Assembly: GCA_050249955.1 (NCBI GenBank)
Contig: JBFWPN010000009.1
Location: forward strand, 126,529-190,528
From: Vicinamibacterales bacterium
GTDB lineage: Bacteria > Acidobacteriota > Vicinamibacteria > Vicinamibacterales > CAVVIG01
Reading direction: 5' to 3'
DNA length: 64,000 nucleotides
Part shown: positions 57,096-64,000 of the stretch, piece after piece
Numbering within the stretch: the stretch's first letter is position 1
How the letters are laid out: each line of letters opens with the position of its first letter
Translations under genes and position numbers: made by a program
The notes under the pieces: model-generated
Database searches by the model: none
The model's input: the letters and a program-made list of their open reading frames with translations, nothing else
Told to the model about the DNA's origin: nothing

Positions 57096-58886
57096 ATGAC
57101 GGTGAGCGGGCGGAAACGGACGCAGCAGGGACAGCATGGAGCCGGCACGCGCATGGCCATCGCCTGGCTGGCGCTTGCCGTGGTCGCCCTCCTGCGCGCA
57201 CCTGCCATGCCGCGGGTGCTCGCGGCCCGCGCCTCGACCGCCACCATCTCCATCGTTGGCACCAGCGACCTGCACGGCTACTTCATGCCGCGCAACGGAC
57301 GCGGTGGCATCGGCGTGTTCGCCGGGTACGTCAACAACCTGCGGGCTGCGCGCGCGGCCGACGGCGGCGCCGTGCTGCTGCTGGATGCGGGCGACACCTT
57401 CCAGGGCGGCATCGAGTCCGACCTGAGTGAAGGCGCAGTGGTGGTGGCCGCCTACAACGCACTTGGGTACACGGCGCTCGCGATCGGCAACCACGAGTTC
57501 GACTTCGGCTCGGTCGATCGTCCCGGCGCCCGGCAGGACGCGCAGGCCGATCCCCGCGGGGCGCTGAAGGCCCGCGCCGCACAGGCGCGGTTCCCGTTCC
57601 TGGCTGCCAATCTCCTCGACCAGCACACCGGCCGGCGGGTCGACTGGCCGAATGTCCACGCGTCGACCCTGGTGGAGGCCGCCGGGTTGAAGGTGGGCCT
57701 GGTCGGCGTCATGACCTACGGCGCGCTGCGGGCCACGCTGCCGCTGAACGTGCGCGGGCTGCAGATGGCCCCGCTCGCTGCCTCGGTGGCGGCCGAAGCG
57801 GCGGCGCTGCGCGCAGGAGGCGCCGACCTCGTGATCGTGAGCGCCCACGCAGGCGGCGGCTGCGACCGGTTCGACGATCCGCGCAATCTCGACTCCTGCG
57901 ATCCGAACGCCGAGATCTTCGACCTGGCCCGCGCCCTGCCGGCCGGTGCGGTGGATGCGATCGTGGCCGGGCACACGCATGCAGGGCTCGCGCACGAGGT
58001 GGCCGGCATCCCGATCGTGCAGTCGTACTGGGGAGGACGCGCCTTCGGCCGGATCGACCTGACCGTGGACCGGTCCACGCGCCGTGTCACGGCAGCACGG
58101 CCGTTCGCCCCGCGCGAGATCTGCGTCACGCAGGATCCGATGACGCTGGCGTGCGGCACGCCCGGGTCGACCCCGCCGCTGCCGACCGCTGAATACGAGG
58201 GTCGCCCGGTGGTGGAGGACCTGCGCGTGCTCCAGGCCATGGAGCCGGTGCTGGCACGTGTGCGGCAGATGCAGGCCCGTCCGCTCGGCGTCGTGCTCGA
58301 CGCGGCACTGGCTCGCGTGGGCGACGCCGAGTCGCCACTGGGGAACATGTTCGCCGACGCCCTGCGCGAGCGCCTGGCCGCCGACATCGCCCTGAACAAC
58401 AACAGCCTCGGCGGGCTGCGCGCCGACCTGCCGCGCGGGGCGCTCACCTTCGGCCACCTCTACGACACCTTTCCGTTCGACAACCGGCTGGCGCGCGTAC
58501 AGGTAACGGCCGGGGTGCTCGAGCGGGGCATCGCGAACGCCCTGCGCCGTGGCCGCCGCGGGTCGTTCGGCATTTCCGGCGCGCGCGTGCGGGTGAGCTG
58601 CGCGGACGATCGGCTGCAGGTGGTCCTGCTCAGGCGCGACGGACAACGCATCGGGGATACCGAGCCGCTGACGGTCGTGGGGATGGACTCCCTGCTCGGG
58701 GGGCAGGTGTTCGCACCCGTGCTCGCGCCAGGCCTCGTCCAGGTGGCGACCGACGCGCCCGTGGTGCGCGAGGTGGTGGAGGATTGGCTCCGCGACCGGG
58801 GCACGTTGCGCACCGAGCACTACCTGTCCGCCGATGCGAGGCGCCTGGAATTCGACGGCCGCGCCACCCCCTGCCTGACGCAGTAA
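57096..58886 (+). CDS. Bifunctional metallophosphatase / 5'-nucleotidase
   Basis: TSDLHG, LDAGD, GNHEFD, AGHTH, ESPLGN, N..GGLRADL, FPFDN. Alternative start at 57153. Confidence 0.9.
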   Translation: MTVSGRKRTQQGQHGAGTRMAIAWLALAVVALLRAPAMPRVLAARASTATISIVGTSDLHGYFMPRNGRGGIGVFAGYVNNLRAARAADGGAVLLLDAGDTFQGGIESDLSEGAVVVAAYNALGYTALAIGNHEFDFGSVDRPGARQDAQADPRGALKARAAQARFPFLAANLLDQHTGRRVDWPNVHASTLVEAAGLKVGLVGVMTYGALRATLPLNVRGLQMAPLAASVAAEAAALRAGGADLVIVSAHAGGGCDRFDDPRNLDSCDPNAEIFDLARALPAGAVDAIVAGHTHAGLAHEVAGIPIVQSYWGGRAFGRIDLTVDRSTRRVTAARPFAPREICVTQDPMTLACGTPGSTPPLPTAEYEGRPVVEDLRVLQAMEPVLARVRQMQARPLGVVLDAALARVGDAESPLGNMFADALRERLAADIALNNNSLGGLRADLPRGALTFGHLYDTFPFDNRLARVQVTAGVLERGIANALRRGRRGSFGISGARVRVSCADDRLQVVLLRRDGQRIGDTEPLTVVGMDSLLGGQVFAPVLAPGLVQVATDAPVVREVVEDWLRDRGTLRTEHYLSADARRLEFDGRATPCLTQ

Positions 58887-58945
58887 GCCATCTTCCGTCT
58901 GGGCCGCGGCGTCCAAAGGGCGTAGAGTGGAACTCCCTGGAGGGA

Positions 58946-59770
58946 ATGTCGATGGGATCCCTGCGGAACTGGCGCGCCACGCTCGCACCAATCGTCGTGG
59001 GCCTCGTGCTCGTGGCGGCAGGCGCCAGGCCGGCCATGGCCGATGACGACGCCGACAGCGTGCAGGAACCTCCGCCGGTGCGGCCTGCGGCGCAGCCGCT
59101 GCGGACGCCGGACTTCCTCCTCGGGGCGCCGCGTGCGTGGATCAGCCTGCGCGGTTCGCTCCTCTTCCCCAGGGCTGGGGGCGATCTCTTCGCATTCGTC
59201 ACCGACCAGCTCACGCTCGACCGCGCGGACCTGCGTGCGGCCGGCTTCGCCGCCGATCTCGGTATCGTGCTCGGCCCTTCGTTCGACCTGGTGGCCGGGA
59301 TAGACCTGACGCGGCGTGAGGCGGGGTCCGAGTACCGCCGGCTCGTGGCCTCGAATCGCCAGCCGATCGAGCAGTTCACCCGGCTGAACCAGTCGGCAGT
59401 GTCTGCCGGCGTACGGTTCTCTCCCCTTGGCCGTGGGCGGCGCATCAGCCAGTACGCGTTCATCCCGCGGCGGCTCACGCCGCATGCCGGCGCGGGTCTC
59501 ACGCTGACCTTCGCCAGGTTCGCGCAGCGGGGACAGTTCGTCGACTTCGCCGACAACGCCATTTTCACCGACCAGTTCACCTCATCGGGGTGGACGGCCG
59601 GGCCCTACGTCAACGGCGGCGTCGACCTGCAGGTGTGGAAGCGGCTCTACGTGAGCGTCGAAGGGCGCTACAGCCGGCTGCACGCCGACCTGAGCGACGA
59701 CTTCCGGGGATTCGATGGACTCGACCTGACCGGCTTCCGGGCCGGCACGGGCATCAGCGTGGTGTTCTAG
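58946..59770 (+). CDS. Outer-membrane beta-barrel protein
   Basis: Signal peptide; alternating strands; C-terminal AGTGISVVF. Confidence 0.68.
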   Translation: MSMGSLRNWRATLAPIVVGLVLVAAGARPAMADDDADSVQEPPPVRPAAQPLRTPDFLLGAPRAWISLRGSLLFPRAGGDLFAFVTDQLTLDRADLRAAGFAADLGIVLGPSFDLVAGIDLTRREAGSEYRRLVASNRQPIEQFTRLNQSAVSAGVRFSPLGRGRRISQYAFIPRRLTPHAGAGLTLTFARFAQRGQFVDFADNAIFTDQFTSSGWTAGPYVNGGVDLQVWKRLYVSVEGRYSRLHADLSDDFRGFDGLDLTGFRAGTGISVVF

Positions 59771-59780
59771 GAGCACGCCC

Positions 59781-60977
59781 ATGTCACTGCGACAGCTCGC
59801 GGTTCTTCTGGCTTCCCTTGCCGTCCTTCACGCGGTGCCCGCATGGGCACAGCAGGCTGGCCCCGCCGATGCGCGGTGGACCGCGTGGCTCGGCTGCTGG
59901 GTTCCGGCGGCGCGCGCCCCGGAGGATGCGCCGACCCTGTGCGTGCTTCCGGCAGACGACGGCGCCGGTGTCCGCATGCGCTCGTTCGTGGGCGACCGGG
60001 AGATTCTGTCGGAAACGATCGTGCCGGACGGCTCGCGCCAGGCGCTGAGCGACAAGGGATGTCGAGGCGACCGTGTCAGTCGCTGGGACCGGACCGGCAC
60101 CCGCGTGTTCTCCAACGCCACCCTCACGTGCGACGGGCAGCCCACGGTCACGACATCGGCCATTTCGTCGCTGGTGCGGACCGACGTCATGCTCGATGTG
60201 CAGGTATCCACCAGGGACGGCAGGGAGGCGGTGCGGGCGCGGCGCCTCATGCGGTCGGTGGCTGCGCCAGCGCCCGTGGCCGAGGCGATGCGGGCGATTC
60301 GGCCCGTGCGCGTCACCCCGGCAATCATCACCGCCGCCGACGTGGTGGATGCGAGCGCCGCGGTGACCCCGACGACGGTCGAGGCCTGGCTGGCGGAGAG
60401 CGGCGCGCGCGCCAGCGTCGATCGGCGCGGGCTGGTGCTACTGGCCGACGCGCGCGTCGAGGAGCGGGTGATCGACCTCCTCGTGGCCATGGCCTACCCC
60501 CAGAAGTTCGACGTTCGTCGAACGAGCAGCAGCGGCGGCGGCGGACTGTTCGGTGGCGGCGTCATGGACGCAGGCTTCTACCCGGGCGTGTGGAGCTCGT
60601 TTGCCGACCTCTACCCGTATGGCGCGTTCGGGTATGGCTTCGGTGCGTTCGGCTTCCCCTACTTCCTTGGCGGGTCGTACTACCAGCCCGGGTCCCTGTA
60701 TTACGTTCCCGGCGGGGGCGGTGGCGCGCCGGTGCCCGGAGCGGCCGACACACACGGTCAGGTGATCAACGGTCAGGGGTACACACGCATCCAGCCGCGC
60801 GAGCCCTATCGCGGGACCGCCACCGCGTCCGAGGGCGGTACGCGCAGTTCCTCAGGTGGCAGCTATGAAGGCTCCGCCGGATCGGGTGGTTCGAGTTCAG
60901 GTGGCGTCTCGCCCGGCGGTTACTCGGGCGGTGGCGGAGGTGGCGGAGGCACGGGGCTGACCGCGGTGCCACGCTGA
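59781..60977 (+). CDS. Hypothetical secreted protein with a Gly/Tyr/Ser-rich C-terminus
   Basis: Signal peptide ..AWAQ; W..WLGCW; four Cys; low-complexity GY/GS tail. Confidence 0.65.
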   Translation: MSLRQLAVLLASLAVLHAVPAWAQQAGPADARWTAWLGCWVPAARAPEDAPTLCVLPADDGAGVRMRSFVGDREILSETIVPDGSRQALSDKGCRGDRVSRWDRTGTRVFSNATLTCDGQPTVTTSAISSLVRTDVMLDVQVSTRDGREAVRARRLMRSVAAPAPVAEAMRAIRPVRVTPAIITAADVVDASAAVTPTTVEAWLAESGARASVDRRGLVLLADARVEERVIDLLVAMAYPQKFDVRRTSSSGGGGLFGGGVMDAGFYPGVWSSFADLYPYGAFGYGFGAFGFPYFLGGSYYQPGSLYYVPGGGGGAPVPGAADTHGQVINGQGYTRIQPREPYRGTATASEGGTRSSSGGSYEGSAGSGGSSSGGVSPGGYSGGGGGGGGTGLTAVPR

Positions 60978-61029
60978 GGCCCGGTCCCCCCTTCTCCTGC
61001 GCCAAGGTCCCCGTGTAGGCTGTCGGGGC

Positions 61030-62247
61030 ATGGCCGACCGACTGCACGCCGCTGACGTCGTCAACATCAGCGATCTGCGCAGGCTCGCCCGGAAGCGGCT
61101 GCCGCGCGTGGTGTTCGACTACATCGACGGCGGCGCCGATGCCGAGCAGACCCTTCGCGAGAACTGTCGCGTCTTCGACGACGTGACGTTCCGTCCGAAG
61201 GGGGCAGTGGCACCCACGAACCTGGATCTTCGTGTCACCGTGCTCGGCCAGACCCTGGCGCTGCCGTTCCTGCTTGCCCCCATTGGCAGCAGCCGCATGT
61301 TCTTTCCGCACGCCGAGGTGCACGCGGCCCGTGCCGCCGGCGAAGCCGGCACCGGCTACATCCTGTCGACCCTCTCAGGCTGCCGGCTCGAGGACGTGAA
61401 GGCGGCAACCCCCGGACCAGTCTGGTACCAGGTCTACCTGGTGGGTGGACGCGACGTGGCCGAGGGGGCGATTGCCCGTGCGAAGGCCGCAGGCTACACG
61501 GCCCTTGTGGTGACGGTGGACACTCCCGTGGCGGGGAACCGCGAGCGGGACGTGCGAAACGGAACCTCCGCGCTGCTGAGTGGGAATCCGGTGGCGATGG
61601 CCCCGCATGTCTGGCAGGTGCTCTCGCGTCCACGCTGGCTTGCGGGCTTCCTCCGAGACGGCGGCCTCATGCAGTTTCCCAACGTGGTGCTGCCTGGGAC
61701 CGGACCGATGAAATACGAAAGCGTGGGGCCTGCATTGGCGCGATCGGTGGTGACCTGGGCCGACCTCGCCTGGATCCGGAACGCCTGGGGTGGACCCATC
61801 GTCGTGAAGGGCATCCTGACCGGCGATGACGCACGGCGCGCGGCGGACGAAGGGGCCGCTGCCGTGATCGTGTCGAACCATGGCGGACGCCAGCTCGATG
61901 GCGTGGCGTCCGGGCTGCGCGCCCTGCCCGAGGTGGTGGCGGCGGCGGGCGACCGTGTCGAGGTGCTCATGGACGGCGGCATCAGGCGTGGCAGCGACAT
62001 CGCCAAGGCGCTGTGCCTGGGGGCCCGTGCCGTGCTGGTCGGCCGGGCGTACGCGTATGGCCTGGCGGCCGCCGGAGGGCCGGGCGCGGCGCGCGCCGTC
62101 GAGATCCTGCGCGCAGATCTGCTGCGCACGCTGGCCCTGCTCGGGGTGCCCGGCGTGCGCGCGCTGGATCGGTCGCTCGTGGAGGCGCCCGACACGTGGT
62201 TCGCAGGCGCGTCCGCCACTCCCGCCCCGTATCAATCCATCCGATAA
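61030..62247 (+). CDS. FMN-dependent alpha-hydroxy-acid oxidase/dehydrogenase (LldD-like)
   Basis: FDYIDGGA..E.T, WYQVY, TVD, VKGI, SNHGGRQLD, DGGIRRGSD, GRAY. Confidence 0.92.
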   Translation: MADRLHAADVVNISDLRRLARKRLPRVVFDYIDGGADAEQTLRENCRVFDDVTFRPKGAVAPTNLDLRVTVLGQTLALPFLLAPIGSSRMFFPHAEVHAARAAGEAGTGYILSTLSGCRLEDVKAATPGPVWYQVYLVGGRDVAEGAIARAKAAGYTALVVTVDTPVAGNRERDVRNGTSALLSGNPVAMAPHVWQVLSRPRWLAGFLRDGGLMQFPNVVLPGTGPMKYESVGPALARSVVTWADLAWIRNAWGGPIVVKGILTGDDARRAADEGAAAVIVSNHGGRQLDGVASGLRALPEVVAAAGDRVEVLMDGGIRRGSDIAKALCLGARAVLVGRAYAYGLAAAGGPGAARAVEILRADLLRTLALLGVPGVRALDRSLVEAPDTWFAGASATPAPYQSIR

Positions 62248-62255
62248 TCCTCGGG

Positions 62256-63704
62256 ATGCGCCTGCTGCTCGTGCTCACCACAGCCCTGCTGGCCGTGGCC
62301 TGCCAGCAGGGGGCACCCGGCGCACTGGATCGCCTGCATCCGTGCGCCATCGCCGAGGGACCACCGGACGCCTACTGCGGGACCTACCGTGTGTTCGAGA
62401 ATCGCGAGACCCAGGCTGGCCGGACGATCGACCTCAAGATCGTCGTGGCGCCTGCGCTGAAGCGCGATCCCAGGCCTGACCCGCTGTTCGTCTTCGAGGG
62501 TGGTCCCGGAGGTGGAGCCGCCACGCTGGCCAGCCAGCGCATTCCCATGTTCCGGCGCTACCAGGTGGACCGTGACGTGGTGCTCGTGGACCAGCGGGGC
62601 ACAGGCGGGTCGAATCCGCTCGACTGCGCCGCGGATGACGAGGACGAGAACCTCGACGACATCGACCGCTATCCGGTCGAGCGCTTCCGCGCCTGCCTCG
62701 ACGCACTCCAGGCCGACGCGGCCCTCTACACCACCGCGATCGCGATGGACGACATCGACGAGGTGCGTCGGTACCTGGGGTACGGGCAGGTCAACCTGTG
62801 GGGCGGTTCGTACGGGACGCGCGCGGCGCTGGTCTACCTGAAGCGCCATGAGGCGGCGGTCCGCTCGGTGGTGCTGGACGGCGTGGCGCCGCCCGACATG
62901 CGGATTCCGCTCTACATGGCTCGCGACGGCCAGCGTGCCCTGGACCGGCTGATCGAGGACTGCGCCAAGGACAAGGGCGGTTGCGCAGATGCGTATCCCA
63001 ACCTGGGTGCCACCGTCGACACGCTGTGGACGGCGCTCGGGGCCAGGCCGCGCGTCACCCTGCCGCACCCGCGCACGGCGAAGCCGATCACCCTGACGAT
63101 CTCGCAGCGGATGATCGCATCGGTGGTCTTCCAGGCCCTCTACTCTCCGGAGATCACGGCACTGCTGCCGCAGCTCCTGACCGACGCGTCCACCGGAGAC
63201 TTCCGAGGTCTGCTCGCGCTGGCCTTCTCCACCGATCTCCCGAAGGGGGCCATGAGTCAGGGGCTGTTCCTGTCCGTCGTGTGCGCGGAAGACCTGCCGC
63301 GCATCAGCCCCGAGGACATCGCGCGTGAGACCGCGGGCCGCTTCATCGGCAGCGCGATGTTCGAGACGCAGGTGAAGCCGTGCGAGTTCTGGCCGAAGGG
63401 GCTCGTCTCGTCCGACTTCTACGAGCCGGTGCAGTCGACGGTGCCGGTGCTGCTCTTCTCGGGCGAGAACGATCCGGTCACACCCCCGAGCTGGGGCGAG
63501 CACGTGCGGGCCTCCCTCCCCAACAGCCGCCACATCGTGGTGCCTGGCGCGGGGCACATCACGCTGACGCGCGGCTGCGTGGCCACGCTGGTCGGGGCGT
63601 TCCTGGACGCACCCGATCCGGCCGCCGTCGAGCCGTCGTGCGTGAGCACGCTGTCGCGCCCGCCGTTCTTCACGAGCCACACCGGCACGGAGACCCGCCG
63701 ATGA
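62256..63704 (+). CDS. Alpha/beta hydrolase lipoprotein (TAP/S33 peptidase-like)
   Basis: Lipobox AVAC; GGPGG, DQRGTG.S, GGSYGT (nucleophile Ser), LDG, DPVTP, GAGH. Confidence 0.85.
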   Translation: MRLLLVLTTALLAVACQQGAPGALDRLHPCAIAEGPPDAYCGTYRVFENRETQAGRTIDLKIVVAPALKRDPRPDPLFVFEGGPGGGAATLASQRIPMFRRYQVDRDVVLVDQRGTGGSNPLDCAADDEDENLDDIDRYPVERFRACLDALQADAALYTTAIAMDDIDEVRRYLGYGQVNLWGGSYGTRAALVYLKRHEAAVRSVVLDGVAPPDMRIPLYMARDGQRALDRLIEDCAKDKGGCADAYPNLGATVDTLWTALGARPRVTLPHPRTAKPITLTISQRMIASVVFQALYSPEITALLPQLLTDASTGDFRGLLALAFSTDLPKGAMSQGLFLSVVCAEDLPRISPEDIARETAGRFIGSAMFETQVKPCEFWPKGLVSSDFYEPVQSTVPVLLFSGENDPVTPPSWGEHVRASLPNSRHIVVPGAGHITLTRGCVATLVGAFLDAPDPAAVEPSCVSTLSRPPFFTSHTGTETRR

Positions 63705-64000
63705 TTGCCATCGAGGGACTTCGCAAGTCGTTCGGGCACGTCGAGGCCGTGCGCGATGTCACCTTCGGCGCCACCGACGGCACCGTGGTCGGGCTGCTGG
63801 GCCACAACGGCGCGGGGAAGACGACCACGCTGCGGATGTTGTCGGGGCTGATGGCACCGGACGCCGGTCGCATTCGCGTCGACGGCGCCGACGTGGTGGC
63901 CGATCCGATCGGGGCGCAGCGTGCGATGGGCCTGCTGCCCGACTCGCGCGGGCTCTACCCGAGGCTCACGCCGAGGGAGCACATCCGCTACTTCGGCGAG
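63701..64000 (+). CDS. ABC transporter ATP-binding protein (NatA-like), truncated by the window end
   Basis: MIAIEGLRKSFG...GLLGHNGAGKTTTLRML...GLYPRLTPREHIRYFG; ATGA overlap with the hydrolase. Confidence 0.85.
   Translation, partial: MIAIEGLRKSFGHVEAVRDVTFGATDGTVVGLLGHNGAGKTTTLRMLSGLMAPDAGRIRVDGADVVADPIGAQRAMGLLPDSRGLYPRLTPREHIRYFGE

Noticed and set aside
1..64000. CRISPR arrays, tRNA, rRNA, riboswitches
   Set aside because: None recognisable by eye. Intergenic regions are short and show only isolated hairpins. An Infernal/tRNAscan run would be needed to exclude small RNAs.

Overview
High-GC bacterial chromosomal window, most likely Acidobacteriota (Vicinamibacteria-like). That placement is inferred from gene types such as the carboxypeptidase-regulatory TonB receptor, duplicated PQQ dehydrogenases, NHL lyase-like proteins and PEGA proteins. 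It holds about 42 protein-coding genes. I saw no rRNA, tRNA, CRISPR array, integrase or transposase. Most genes are housekeeping or metabolic (rnhA, speA, yhbY, Dus, pdxH, M3 peptidase, alpha-hydroxy-acid oxidase, transporters). The standout is a tightly coupled minus-strand three-gene module at 18522-27116. It encodes (A) an active caspase-like CHAT protease fused to a STAND-type NTPase; (B) a 1705-aa protein with an orphan N-terminal winged-helix-like segment, a second STAND NTPase, a helical/TPR-like solenoid and an apparently catalytically dead CHAT domain interrupted by a peptidoglycan-binding domain; and (C) an HExxH zinc-protease-like protein. This is a candidate undescribed protease-cascade defence or conflict system. 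Secondary points are a TIR-receiver fusion, a sigma factor with an RBS-sequestering hairpin, an RNase HI with a C-terminal hybrid-binding domain, and a six-gene glycosyltransferase/ABC/kinase/porin operon of unknown product. All domain calls come from motif reading by eye; no database searches were run.
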